Below, piece by piece: positions 18,825 to 28,860 of a stretch of DNA of 56,449 bases; position 1 is the stretch's first letter; each line of letters starts with the position of its first letter. The DNA is taken from contig JACPQZ010000033.1 of NCBI GenBank assembly GCA_016190205.1, positions 1 through 56,449 of the forward strand, in the 5' to 3' direction. Below the pieces are notes generated by a model. It worked only from the letters and a program-made list of their open reading frames with translations, was not told where the DNA came from and searched no databases. This stretch comes from Candidatus Omnitrophota bacterium (GTDB taxonomy: Bacteria > Omnitrophota > JACPQZ01). Made by a program: the position numbers and the translations under genes.

Positions 18825-19836
18825 ACGGACTCACATCGGAACCGATGATCTGATCGTAACGCGCACCCCTCTTCGGATCAGTTTTGCCGGAGGAGGGACG
18901 GATCTGGCTGCGTTTTATGAAATGGAGCAGGGGGCCGTGCTGAGCACCGCGATACGGAAGTACATTTATGTCACGGTGAAGCGGCACGGAGCACTTTACG
19001 GCGAGCCTATACGCCTCAATTATTCCGAGGCCGAACTCACCCAGGACATTGCCTCCATCAAGAACGACATCATCCGTGAGTGCCTCCGCTTTCTCAAGGT
19101 CGATCCGCCCATTTATGTGAGCACAGTTGCGGACGTCCCGGAGTTTTCGGGACTGGGTTCGTCGAGCAGTTTCGCGGTCGGGTTACTCAATGCGCTGCAT
19201 GTCCTGAAAGGGGAGCGCATCTCGGCAAGCCAGCTCGCGGAGGAGGCCTCGCATATCGAGATTGATGTCCTGCGACGCCCCATCGGCAAACAGGACCATT
19301 ATGCCGCCGCCTTCGGAGGTCTTAATTTCTTCTGCTTCAATCCCGACGGGAGTGTGGCGATCGAGGTCCAGCGGATACCGGAAGGTGTCTTAAGCGCCCT
19401 GTTCGGCCACCTCCTGCTTTTCTGGACGGGTATTCGCCGGGATGCGAGCTCGATTCTACATGAGCAGAAGGCCAATACCCCCGGGATGCGTGATGAGCTT
19501 GTGTCTATTCGAAGACATGCCCATGAGCTGCATTCCATTCTTTGCAACGGTTTCGACCCGCTCAAGTTTGGAAGGGTGTTGGATGAGACGTGGACGCTCA
19601 AGCGCCGGCTGGCAAGCAAGGTGACCAACGGCCGTATCGATTCCTGGTATACCCAAGCCAAGGAGGCGGGGGCGGTCGGCGGAAAGATCTGCGGGGCGGG
19701 GGGCGGCGGCTTTCTGCTGCTTGTCACGCCGCCGGATCGCAGGCAGTCCATCCGCAGCGCCCTGGGCGACATGACGGAGCTAAAGATCGGTTATGAAGCG
19801 CATGGGTCCCGGCTGTTGATGCCGTTTGCACAATGA
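18817..19836 (+). CDS. hddA: GHMP kinase, second HddA-like heptose-7-phosphate kinase
   Basis: TRTPLRISFAGGGTD, SGLGSSSS, IGKQDHY, GGKICGAGGGG. Confidence 0.85.
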   Translation: MAERTHIGTDDLIVTRTPLRISFAGGGTDLAAFYEMEQGAVLSTAIRKYIYVTVKRHGALYGEPIRLNYSEAELTQDIASIKNDIIRECLRFLKVDPPIYVSTVADVPEFSGLGSSSSFAVGLLNALHVLKGERISASQLAEEASHIEIDVLRRPIGKQDHYAAAFGGLNFFCFNPDGSVAIEVQRIPEGVLSALFGHLLLFWTGIRRDASSILHEQKANTPGMRDELVSIRRHAHELHSILCNGFDPLKFGRVLDETWTLKRRLASKVTNGRIDSWYTQAKEAGAVGGKICGAGGGGFLLLVTPPDRRQSIRSALGDMTELKIGYEAHGSRLLMPFAQ

Positions 19837-20801
19837 AACAGCCGACGGAGTGGTGTGGACGAAGGATTCTGATTACCGGGGGCACCGGTATGGTCGGTTC
19901 CTCCCTTGCCGTCCGGCTGGTTCAAGACGGGTGCCGGGTGTGGGTGCTTTCGCGACAGGAAACTTCCCGGGACCGTCTCAAAACGATCGAAGAACAAATT
20001 CATTTTCGGGCCGTAGATATCCGTGACGCCTTGTCGCTCAGCGCCGCGATCGATGAGATCCGGCCGGAAGTAGTCTACCATCTGGCGAGCACACCTTTCA
20101 ATCCGCCGACGGTGAGCGGCGTGACGCACATGCAGGTCATCGCCATGGGGACCGTGAATATTTTGGAAGCCCTGCGCGATCGGCCGGGCATCCGCATCAT
20201 TTCGACAGGTTCCGCGGCGGAGTACGGGAGCGGCGCGCGCATACGGGAGGATCAACCCCTCGCACCCCGCACCGCTCTGGGCGCGGCCAAGGCGGCCTCA
20301 ACCCTTCTGATGCAGACCTATGCGGCGCTCCACCGCATGGAGACCGTGGTCCTTCGCGTCTTCACTCCGTTCGGGCCCTGGGAAAAGGCGGAGCGGCTGG
20401 TTCCGCACACGATACTTTCCGCCCTGAACGGTCAAGATGTCTCCTTGAGCGACGGACGCCAAGAGCGGGATTTTTTCTATATCGATGATTTGGTGGAGGC
20501 CCTTAGGCTCGCGGCGATAAAGCCCGTGCCTCCTGGATCCGTTATCAATATCTGTTCGGGACGGGGGATACCCGTATTGGAGTTGGTGGAACTCATTCTC
20601 CGTCTGATGAAAAAGAACGTCAGGGCCATCCCGGGAGCACTCCCAACCCGTCCGGATGAGATTTGGGAGTGTTCGGGCGATAATTCCGCGGCTCATCGTC
20701 TTTTGGGGTGGGTCCCCCGCACCCGTCTGGAGGAGGGGTTGTCGAAGACGATCGAATGGGTCACTCTTCACCAGGACGAGGTCAGCGGGTTGAATCGATG
20801 A
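19833..20801 (+). CDS. Extended SDR NAD-dependent epimerase/4-reductase (atypical LxxxK)
   Basis: ITGGTGMVG, GSAAEYG, LGAAK, RDFFYIDD. Confidence 0.85.
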   Translation: MKQPTEWCGRRILITGGTGMVGSSLAVRLVQDGCRVWVLSRQETSRDRLKTIEEQIHFRAVDIRDALSLSAAIDEIRPEVVYHLASTPFNPPTVSGVTHMQVIAMGTVNILEALRDRPGIRIISTGSAAEYGSGARIREDQPLAPRTALGAAKAASTLLMQTYAALHRMETVVLRVFTPFGPWEKAERLVPHTILSALNGQDVSLSDGRQERDFFYIDDLVEALRLAAIKPVPPGSVINICSGRGIPVLELVELILRLMKKNVRAIPGALPTRPDEIWECSGDNSAAHRLLGWVPRTRLEEGLSKTIEWVTLHQDEVSGLNR

Positions 20802-22054
20802 TCCTCAGTCAGAAGGTATCGAGGGAAGGGCGGTTGGCGGCGTGCATTGTGTGCGGCACGAAGCAGGTTCGGGCATTTCTGAATTTGGGACGCACCGCCC
20901 TGGCCAACAAATTTTTAACCCAAGAAGAATGTGCAAGGCCCGAGCCCACATTTCCCCTTGAGGTCGGGTTTTGTACGAGCTGCTCCCATGTGCAGTTGAT
21001 GGATCATGTCCCCCCGAGCGCCATGTTTACGGATTACCTTTATATTTCTTCCGCTTCCGATGCGCTGGCCGCTCACCTGGTGAAATTGAGCGACGGGGTG
21101 GTGGGGCGCTTTCGGTTGGGTCCATCCGACCTGGTCATGGATATCGGCTGTAATGACGGGACCTTGCTGAAAGGGTTTCAGCGGCATGGGGTCAAGACCC
21201 TGGGGGTCGATCCGGCCGTAAACCTGGCCCCGTTTACGGATGCCAGCGGCATCGAACGCTTTACGGGGTTCTTCAACTCGCAGACGGCCCGGCATATTGT
21301 CGCGCGCTGGGGGAAGGCCGCCGCTATTACGGCCACCAACACCTTTCCGCACATTCCCGATTTGGAGGATTTTATTAAAGGGGTGCGGAGCGCCCTGGCC
21401 CCCGGCGGGGTTTTTGTGATCGAGGCGCATTATCTGCAGGACCTTCTGGAGCAGGGCGCGTTCGATACGATCTACCACGAGCATGTTTCCTATTGGGCGC
21501 TCCGCCCCATGCAGGCCGCGTTCGAGCGCCTGGGGATGCACATCGTGGACGTGGAGCGCATCCCCTTCCATCACGGGCAGCTGCGCGTCTTCGTGCAGCG
21601 TGAGGGCGAAGGCGCCGTCCAGCCCTCGGTGGCCGGTATTTTGGAAGAGGAGAAGGACAAAGGACTCGACCGTTTTGATATCTTTCAACGGTTTGCCGAA
21701 AGGACTTATAGGTTGAAAGAGAAATTGTGGAAGGTTCTCAATGATCTCCTTGTCCGGGGGAAACGGCTCGCGGGATACGGTGCCCCTGCCAAGGGCAATA
21801 CGCTGTTGAGTTTTCTGGGAATGGGACCGGAAGTCCTTAAGTTTATTGCCGACCGGAGCCCCTTGAAGCAGGGGCGCTATACGCCGGGCACGCACGTACC
21901 GGTCGTGCCGCCCGAACGGCTGCTTGAGGATCAACCCGACTACGTGCTCCTGCTGGCCTGGAACTTCGCCGATGAAGTCTTAAGACAGCAAGATGAGTAC
22001 CGCCGGCGGGGAGGCCGCTTTATTTTACCCTTCCCCGAGGCCAAGATTATATAG
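20798..22054 (+). CDS. SAM-dependent NDP-sugar C-methyltransferase (TcaB9/TylCIII/NovU-like)
   Basis: Zn-binding CIVC...CTSC, DIGCNDG, FDTIYHEH, YGAPAKGNTLL, LLAWNF; ATG 20798 overlaps the upstream stop. Confidence 0.9.
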   Translation: MILSQKVSREGRLAACIVCGTKQVRAFLNLGRTALANKFLTQEECARPEPTFPLEVGFCTSCSHVQLMDHVPPSAMFTDYLYISSASDALAAHLVKLSDGVVGRFRLGPSDLVMDIGCNDGTLLKGFQRHGVKTLGVDPAVNLAPFTDASGIERFTGFFNSQTARHIVARWGKAAAITATNTFPHIPDLEDFIKGVRSALAPGGVFVIEAHYLQDLLEQGAFDTIYHEHVSYWALRPMQAAFERLGMHIVDVERIPFHHGQLRVFVQREGEGAVQPSVAGILEEEKDKGLDRFDIFQRFAERTYRLKEKLWKVLNDLLVRGKRLAGYGAPAKGNTLLSFLGMGPEVLKFIADRSPLKQGRYTPGTHVPVVPPERLLEDQPDYVLLLAWNFADEVLRQQDEYRRRGGRFILPFPEAKII

Positions 22055-22056
22055 CC

Positions 22057-23148
22057 ATGAAACAGGAATCTCCAAACCTTATTACCATTGTCGTGCCGAC
22101 GTTTAATCGCTATCCGTTTCTCTTGAGGCTCTTGAGATACTACGGGTCTTTTCAATTCCCTTTTCCCATGCACGTCCTCGATTCGAGCAGTGATTCATTG
22201 GATGACGCGGAGTTAAAAGAGCTCCTTCGCTCGCCCCGCGTCCGCCATACCGCCTATGACCCGGAGTGTTCACCCGTGACCAAGATAGCCGAAGGGGTTA
22301 AGCATGTCACCACTCCCTATGTTGTGTTTTGGTCGGATGACGATCTTCTGGTCCCGCGATCCGTCGATGTGGCGGCCCGTTTTTTGGAAGACCATGGAGA
22401 TTTCAGTATCGCGCAGGGTCAGATCGCCCGCTTCACCTTGGATGCGGTGCGGGGGGATTGGCCCTCGCTGAACGTTTCCCCCTTCGTCCAGCACTCTTAT
22501 ACCTCCCGGCGCGCATGCGACCGTTTGCTCCGTTTTGCCTCGGGGAGCTGCTCGCTCTTTTACTCGGTTTACCGGGCGCAAAATCTCCGGTCCATTTTAG
22601 AGCAATGCGTCGAACATGGATTCGGCTATTATTGGTCCGAGATGGCCCTGGCGTGGTTATCCGTAATTGATGGAAAGGTCAAGAGCCTGGACACGCTATA
22701 CATGTTCCGCCACATCCATGACGCGAGGGATACCTGGCGCGAGGGGAGCTCGTGGGACTGTTTTGACTGGGTCACCAGCATGAAGTTCCCGGAAAAATAC
22801 GCGGCATTTAACGCCTGTCTAAGCGAGGCGCTCGTCCGTCAGGACGGCATCTCTCAGGGGGAGGCCCATCAGGTTGTCAAGCAGGCGTTCTGGTCTTTCT
22901 TGGCCGGCGGACTGACGAGGAACGGGAGGTGGCGTTACGGATGGCGGGCGACGAAATGGGGAGGCAGGCTGCGGCGTTTTGTCCGGGCTAGACCGGAACT
23001 CCTTTCCGCATCGCGCCGTCTTCGCACCTTTTTTCCTGCCGGCAGCCGGGGGATGTCGGTGAGCACGCTTAAGCGTGCGGGTTCGAAATATCACGAGGAT
23101 TTCTTGCCCATTTATCGGGCCGTCATGGAAACGAAGGTTTCGCCATGA
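22057..23148 (+). CDS. Glycosyltransferase family 2
   Basis: TIVVPTFNR, VLDSS, TPYVVFWSDDD (DXD-like). Confidence 0.82.
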   Translation: MKQESPNLITIVVPTFNRYPFLLRLLRYYGSFQFPFPMHVLDSSSDSLDDAELKELLRSPRVRHTAYDPECSPVTKIAEGVKHVTTPYVVFWSDDDLLVPRSVDVAARFLEDHGDFSIAQGQIARFTLDAVRGDWPSLNVSPFVQHSYTSRRACDRLLRFASGSCSLFYSVYRAQNLRSILEQCVEHGFGYYWSEMALAWLSVIDGKVKSLDTLYMFRHIHDARDTWREGSSWDCFDWVTSMKFPEKYAAFNACLSEALVRQDGISQGEAHQVVKQAFWSFLAGGLTRNGRWRYGWRATKWGGRLRRFVRARPELLSASRRLRTFFPAGSRGMSVSTLKRAGSKYHEDFLPIYRAVMETKVSP

Positions 23149-24272
23149 TCACCCTGTGCATACCCACATTCAATCGATCGGGCTTCGTGAGCCGCTTATT
23201 GACGTATTACAGTCAAACGAAATATCCCTATAAGATTGTCGTTTTAGATTCAAGTACGCAGCACCACTTAGAGACAAATGCGGAAACGATACAAGCATTC
23301 AAGGGGCACTTGGAGATTAATCACCACGCGCTGCCGGGCTTAAGCTGCAGTGCGACGCTCGATTATATAAGACCCTCCATCTCCACGCCTTATTGCGCCA
23401 GCGTTTCGGACGACGATTTTTTGACCACGGGCGGTCTGCTTCAATGCATGACCTTTCTTGAAAACAATACGGATTACACGGCGGCCCATGGTGTAGGTTC
23501 GATCTTCGCCCTGGACCGCAGCGGTCCTTACGGCGAGATGATAGTTCTCAAGAGGTATCCGCAGTCAGTCCTGGAGGCAAAGAGGGGCTATGAAAGGCTC
23601 GGGCAATATCTCAAACCTCCCGGACCCTATGCCATCTTTTTCTCACTGTTTCGCACAGAAGCCTGGCGGGCGGCTTTCCGGGGCATCAGCACCCTGGCAG
23701 GGATTAATAGTTCCAACGTATTTAAGGATGAGCTGATTCCGGGGTGTGTTTCGGCGATCAGGGGAAGGGTCAAAGAGATCCCTGTCCTTTCCTTGGTGCG
23801 TCAAGGGCATGACGCGAGGTATCACCAGCCGGACCCCTATGATTGGATTACGCATGCCAATTGGTTTCCTTCATTCCAGATGTATCGCGATCGCATGCTT
23901 GAAGAGCTGACGGGTATGGATGGCCTGGCCCGGGACGAGGCCGAACAGTTTATCAAACAGTTCTTCGCGCGCCATTTAGCCAGCAAATTCGCGGGGTCAC
24001 TGCGGGAGGATGGGGTACCCCGGCGCCGGCGGGCTGACTCACGTATTCGCAGGTTTGTGCGGGGTATTCCGTTCCTCAAGCGCACGTGGTTCAGGTGGGA
24101 GGCGATGATCCGCGGTTCCGGGAGCGGGATATCCTTGAAAGCGCTTCTTAAGACCTCTTCACCTTATCACGAAGAATTTATGCCGGTCTATCGTGTCGTC
24201 ACCAAGACGGCACGGCAAGCAGGCGGTGCGGGTCGCCCCAGCGCACAGGACCTCGCAACGGTGAATCGATGA
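23145..24272 (+). CDS. Glycosyltransferase family 2 (paralog of the preceding gene)
   Basis: TLCIPTFNR, VLDSS, TPYCASVSDDD; C-term YHEEFMPVYRVV matches YHEDFLPIYRAV of the neighbour. Confidence 0.82.
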   Translation: MITLCIPTFNRSGFVSRLLTYYSQTKYPYKIVVLDSSTQHHLETNAETIQAFKGHLEINHHALPGLSCSATLDYIRPSISTPYCASVSDDDFLTTGGLLQCMTFLENNTDYTAAHGVGSIFALDRSGPYGEMIVLKRYPQSVLEAKRGYERLGQYLKPPGPYAIFFSLFRTEAWRAAFRGISTLAGINSSNVFKDELIPGCVSAIRGRVKEIPVLSLVRQGHDARYHQPDPYDWITHANWFPSFQMYRDRMLEELTGMDGLARDEAEQFIKQFFARHLASKFAGSLREDGVPRRRRADSRIRRFVRGIPFLKRTWFRWEAMIRGSGSGISLKALLKTSSPYHEEFMPVYRVVTKTARQAGGAGRPSAQDLATVNR

Positions 24273-25297
24273 CTGCCCTCCAGACCATCGAGTCGGCGTT
24301 AACTTCTGCCGCCTTCAGGGCGGAGATCTCCGAGACGGATTTCTCGGGCTGCGCGGCTACGGTCATCGGGTATGGTCACATGGGGAGTCAGTATGTGCGG
24401 GCCCTACGCGCGTTGGGAGTCGGTCACATCCGGGTGATCTCCCGATCCCCGGGCCCCTTGAAAGAGCTGGGCACACTCAAAAATGTGGACACCTTCTCCG
24501 GCGGTTATGAAGGCATGAGCGCACACGCGCGGAAGGACGAAGTGGGCGTGGTGGCGGCACCACTATCCCTCTTGCCGGGCGCCGTGGAAAAGCTGGTCCT
24601 GCTGGGATTTCGCCGTCTTTTGATCGAGAAGCCGGTGGCCCTGTCCTCTTCGGAGATAGATGCGTTGGCCGTGGACCTGGAGGAAAAAGGGGTTGAGGCC
24701 TATGCGGCCTATAACCGTGTCGTCTATCCTTCCGTGCTGGAGGCCCGGGCCCGTGCCGGGCGGGACGGCGGGATCACATCCTGCTTCTACACCTTTACGG
24801 AAATGATCAAGCCGGACTGGCCGGATCGCTTTTCTGCCACGGAACTCTCCCGCTGGGGAATCGCAAACAGCATGCATGTCATCAGTCTCGCGCACCGGCT
24901 CATCGGCATGCCGTCCGAATGGAAGGCGCATCGAGCCGGTTCCCTTTCTTGGCACCCGAGCGGATCAGTTTTTGTGGGGTCGGGCCGATCCGAGCAGGGC
25001 ATTCCATTTGCTTATCACGCCGACTGGGGTTCAAAGGGGCGTTGGTCCGTCGAGATTCATACCTCTGCGGCTTCCTACTGCCTTTGCCCTTTGGAAAAAC
25101 TTTTTCAGAAAACGGCGGCGCAAGGGGGCTGGGAACCTGTTCCTGTGAAGGCGTTCGAACCCCATATGAAAGCCGGGGTCCTGGAGGAGGTAGCGGCATC
25201 TTTGAAATCGGATATCGCCCCGCTCGTTACCTTGCGCGAGGCGGCCCGCTTGACAAGGTATGCGGAAGATATTTTAGGGTATTCGGATCATGGATAG
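24269..25297 (+). CDS. Gfo/Idh/MocA family oxidoreductase
   Basis: VIGYGHMG Rossmann motif, LLIEKPVA, AYNR. Confidence 0.8.
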   Translation: MTALQTIESALTSAAFRAEISETDFSGCAATVIGYGHMGSQYVRALRALGVGHIRVISRSPGPLKELGTLKNVDTFSGGYEGMSAHARKDEVGVVAAPLSLLPGAVEKLVLLGFRRLLIEKPVALSSSEIDALAVDLEEKGVEAYAAYNRVVYPSVLEARARAGRDGGITSCFYTFTEMIKPDWPDRFSATELSRWGIANSMHVISLAHRLIGMPSEWKAHRAGSLSWHPSGSVFVGSGRSEQGIPFAYHADWGSKGRWSVEIHTSAASYCLCPLEKLFQKTAAQGGWEPVPVKAFEPHMKAGVLEEVAASLKSDIAPLVTLREAARLTRYAEDILGYSDHG

Positions 25298-26297
25298 GGT
25301 GTTGGTCACGGGCGGCGCGGGGTTTATCGGAAGCCATCTCACCGAACGGCTCATTGGTGAGGGTCACGAGGTCGTCGTGTTGGACAGTTTGGCAACAGGG
25401 CGCCTCGAAAACTTGGCGCATTTGAGCGGCCATCCCCGCCTGCGTTTTCAGCGCGTGGATGTTGCGAATTTCGACGAGATCCACCCGCTCTTTACCGGCG
25501 TCAGGCGTGTTTTCCACCTGGCGGCGCTGGCCGATATCGTACCGTCCATTCAAAAACCGCTTCTTTATCACCGGGCCAACGTAGAGGGAACCGCCTCTGT
25601 GCTTGAGGCCTCACGCAGGGCCCGCGTCCACTCTGTTGTTTATGCGGCTTCCTCCTCTTGTTACGGTGTTCCGGACCTCACCCCGACGCCCGAATCTTCA
25701 CCGATGCAGCCTCTCTATCCCTATGCCCTTACCAAGCGGTTAGGGGAGGAGATAGCCATGCATTGGGCGCATACATACCGGATGCGCGTGATCTCGCTCC
25801 GTCTCTTTAATGTCTATGGACCCCGCTCCCGGACCTCGGGCGCCTATGGGGCTGTCTTGGGTGTGTTCTTGGCTCAGAAGTTGGCCGGGAAACCGTTCAC
25901 CGTAGTCGGCGACGGGATGCAGACTCGGGACTTTACATATGTGACGGATGTGGCGGACGCCTTTGTCAAGGCGTCGGAATCGGATTTGTCCGGCAGGGTG
26001 TTTAACGTGGGATCGGGCGGAACGTATTCAATCAAGCGGCTGGTTGAACTCTTGGGCGGGCCTGTCGTACACATCCCGAAGCGCCCGGGCGAGCCGGACT
26101 CGACCTTTGCGGATACTACGGCGATCGAGCAGGCCCTCGGGTGGAGGGCCCGCATTTCCTTCGAAGAGGGCGTCAGGCGCGTGCTTGAGCATATCGGGGA
26201 TTGGGAGGGGGCCCCCGTGTGGACGCCCGACACCATCCTGGAAGCCACGCATGAGTGGTTCGAATGTTTGACACCGCAGGAGACCGTTCAAAAATAG
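25290..26297 (+). CDS. NAD-dependent epimerase/dehydratase (extended SDR)
   Basis: VTGGAGFIGSHL, LAALADIVPSI, ASSSCYG, YALTK, FNVYGPR. Confidence 0.92.
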   Translation: MDRVLVTGGAGFIGSHLTERLIGEGHEVVVLDSLATGRLENLAHLSGHPRLRFQRVDVANFDEIHPLFTGVRRVFHLAALADIVPSIQKPLLYHRANVEGTASVLEASRRARVHSVVYAASSSCYGVPDLTPTPESSPMQPLYPYALTKRLGEEIAMHWAHTYRMRVISLRLFNVYGPRSRTSGAYGAVLGVFLAQKLAGKPFTVVGDGMQTRDFTYVTDVADAFVKASESDLSGRVFNVGSGGTYSIKRLVELLGGPVVHIPKRPGEPDSTFADTTAIEQALGWRARISFEEGVRRVLEHIGDWEGAPVWTPDTILEATHEWFECLTPQETVQK

Positions 26298-26308
26298 GAA
26301 TTTGGAGT

Positions 26309-27835
26309 ATGGCAGCCCATCAAAAGATTAAGAACTTGACTGAACTGGGCGAGATCCTGGGAAAGGCCCGTCAGGAGGGAAAGAGGACTGTACTGTGCCA
26401 TGGTGTGTTTGATCTCATGCACCCCGGGCATATTCTCCACATCGCGGCGGCACGGAAGCAAGGGGATGTGCTGGCCGTAACCATCACCCCGGACCGCTTC
26501 GTCCGAAAAGGTCCGGGCCGGCCTGTTTTCAGTGAAAAGCTCAGAATTCAGACTGTTGCGTCCCTTCAAGACGTGGACTACACGGCGCTCAATGAGTGGC
26601 CGACGGCCGTGGAGACCATTGCGCGTCTGAAGCCCCATGTCTATGCCAAGGGAAACGATTACACGAATCCTGCGGACGACCTGACAGGCCGTATCGTGGA
26701 TGAAGAGAACGCCGTGCGTTCGATTGGCGGGGAGATCTTCTTCACGAATGAGGAATCCTTCAGCTCCAGCCGTCTGATCAACCAGTTCTTTAGTACGTAT
26801 CCTCCCCAAACGGAGAAGTATCTCAAATCGTTCCGGAGTCGTTACTCGGCCGACCAGGTGATCGATTGTGTCCGGGGTCTTCAAGATCTCAAGGTTCTCC
26901 TGGTGGGTGAGGCCATCCTGGATCAATACCGCTATTGTACCCCCATGGGTAAATCTCCCAAGGAGACGATCGTCTCGACACGTTTTGAGAATGAGGAGAT
27001 CTTTGCCGGAGGGTCGCTCGCGATTGCCAATCACCTGGCAGGTTTTTGTAAAGAGGTCACGCTGATTACGATGCTGGGGGAGAACACCGATCAGCGCCGC
27101 TTCATCGACTCGAAGCTCCGGCCCAATGTCCAGCTCAAAGCGGTTGTGATGAAGGACCGGCCGACGATCACGAAGCGCCGTTATTTAGAGCCTAACTTTT
27201 TGACCAAGATGTTTGAAGTTCAATACCTGGATGACCGTCCCGTGCCGGACGCGGTGGAAAAGGACATCCGATCGCGCTTGGAAAAGTGCCTGGAGGGCCA
27301 TGACTTTCTGGTCACGGCGGATTTCGGGCATGGCTTGATGACGAAGGCCCTGCGTGAATTTGTCTCATCCCACGGAAAATTTCTCGCGCTCAACACCCAG
27401 AGCAACAGCGCCAATCTGGGGTTTAATACTGTGACGAACTACCAGCGGGCCAATTTTGTCTGCATCGATGAGCCCGAATTGAAACTTGCGGCTGCCCGTC
27501 AATATGGTGATTTGCACAGGTTGACGGATGAGGTCCGCAGGCGCATTCAAGTCGACGCCTTTCTCGTCAGCCGGGGGCCGCTCGGTTCACTTATCTTTTC
27601 GGACCACGAGCCGGTGGTGCACACCCCGGCGCTCGCGACCAGGGTCGTGGACCGCACGGGGGCGGGAGACGCCCTCTTCTCCATCGCATCTCCCTGTGTC
27701 TACAAGAAATATCCGGTCGAGGTGGTTGGATTTCTGGGTAACTGTGTCGGGGCCCTGGCGGTTGAAATTGTCTGCAACCGCGATCCTGTTGATCCGACGC
27801 TCCTCTTAAAATTTATCAAGAGCGTGCTCATGTGA
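26309..27835 (+). CDS. Bifunctional nucleotidyltransferase (HxGH) + PfkB kinase, HldE/RfaE-like with reversed domain order
   Basis: N-term HGVFDLMHPGH, KGPGRP, KGNDY, SSS; C-term DFGHG, DRTGAGDA; ATG 26309 after GGAG. Confidence 0.88.
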   Translation: MAAHQKIKNLTELGEILGKARQEGKRTVLCHGVFDLMHPGHILHIAAARKQGDVLAVTITPDRFVRKGPGRPVFSEKLRIQTVASLQDVDYTALNEWPTAVETIARLKPHVYAKGNDYTNPADDLTGRIVDEENAVRSIGGEIFFTNEESFSSSRLINQFFSTYPPQTEKYLKSFRSRYSADQVIDCVRGLQDLKVLLVGEAILDQYRYCTPMGKSPKETIVSTRFENEEIFAGGSLAIANHLAGFCKEVTLITMLGENTDQRRFIDSKLRPNVQLKAVVMKDRPTITKRRYLEPNFLTKMFEVQYLDDRPVPDAVEKDIRSRLEKCLEGHDFLVTADFGHGLMTKALREFVSSHGKFLALNTQSNSANLGFNTVTNYQRANFVCIDEPELKLAAARQYGDLHRLTDEVRRRIQVDAFLVSRGPLGSLIFSDHEPVVHTPALATRVVDRTGAGDALFSIASPCVYKKYPVEVVGFLGNCVGALAVEIVCNRDPVDPTLLLKFIKSVLM

Positions 27836-28860
27836 GTCCGGGAAGGCCTTTGTTCAAGAAGGTAGCCATAACGGGAGGCGCGGGTTACGTAGGCAGTGCG
27901 CTGGTACCCCATCTTCTTCAGGAAGGTTATGATGTGACGGTGATGGACCTCTACCTTTATGGAAGGCATGTGTTTAAAGGCGTTGAACATGCGGATCGCC
28001 TGCATGAGGTGGAGGTCGACATACGGGATGAAACCGCTGTGGCAAGGCACCTCGCCGGCGTGGATGCCGTGATCCATCTGGCCTGCGTTTCAAACGACCC
28101 GAGCTTTGAGCTTAACCCGGCGCTCGGACGGTCCATTAATTATGATGCCTTCAGGGGCCTCTTGCGTGCCGTATCGAGCCATCGCATCAAGCGCTTTATT
28201 TATGCCTCGAGTTCCAGCGTGTACGGGGTCAAGGAAGAGCGGGATGTCCACGAAGACATGACGTGTGAACCCCTCACGGACTATTCGAAGTATAAATTAC
28301 TGTGTGAGGACCTGCTCAAGCAAGGGCGTTGGCGAGATATGGAATGGGTGATCCTTCGGCCGGCCACGGTGTGCGGCTGGGCCCCGCGCCTGAGGCTGGA
28401 TCTTACCGTGAATACCCTCACGATCCATGCCCTGGTTCGCAAGAAGATCACGGTTTTCGGAGGAAGCCAGTTGCGTCCGAACATTCACATCCAGGATATG
28501 GCGGCGGCCTACGGGCTCCTCTTGGAGGCCCCCCGGGAGGCAGTCAAGGGTGAGACATTCAACATTGGCACCCAGAACTGCAGCGTGTCGGAGATTGCCG
28601 ACATCGTGCGCTCTGAGATAGGCGACGGAAGCGTTACGATCGTTACGGAACCAACCGAGGATCTTCGTTCCTACCACATCAACTCGGATCGAATACGCAG
28701 GACGCTCGGCTTCAAGCCGCGCTGGACGATTCAAGATGCGGTGCGCAGCCTCGTGGAAGCTTATCGGGCCGGCAAAGTCCACGACCCCCTGAACAATATC
28801 AGTTACTACAACATCAAAACCATGCAGGCACTCAAATTGGAAGAGGGGCTTTATGTCTAA
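27832..28860 (+). CDS. NAD-dependent epimerase/dehydratase (extended SDR)
   Basis: ITGGAGYVG, LACVSNDPS, ASSSSVYG, YSKYK, RPATVCG..PRLRLDL. Confidence 0.92.
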   Translation: MSPGRPLFKKVAITGGAGYVGSALVPHLLQEGYDVTVMDLYLYGRHVFKGVEHADRLHEVEVDIRDETAVARHLAGVDAVIHLACVSNDPSFELNPALGRSINYDAFRGLLRAVSSHRIKRFIYASSSSVYGVKEERDVHEDMTCEPLTDYSKYKLLCEDLLKQGRWRDMEWVILRPATVCGWAPRLRLDLTVNTLTIHALVRKKITVFGGSQLRPNIHIQDMAAAYGLLLEAPREAVKGETFNIGTQNCSVSEIADIVRSEIGDGSVTIVTEPTEDLRSYHINSDRIRRTLGFKPRWTIQDAVRSLVEAYRAGKVHDPLNNISYYNIKTMQALKLEEGLYV

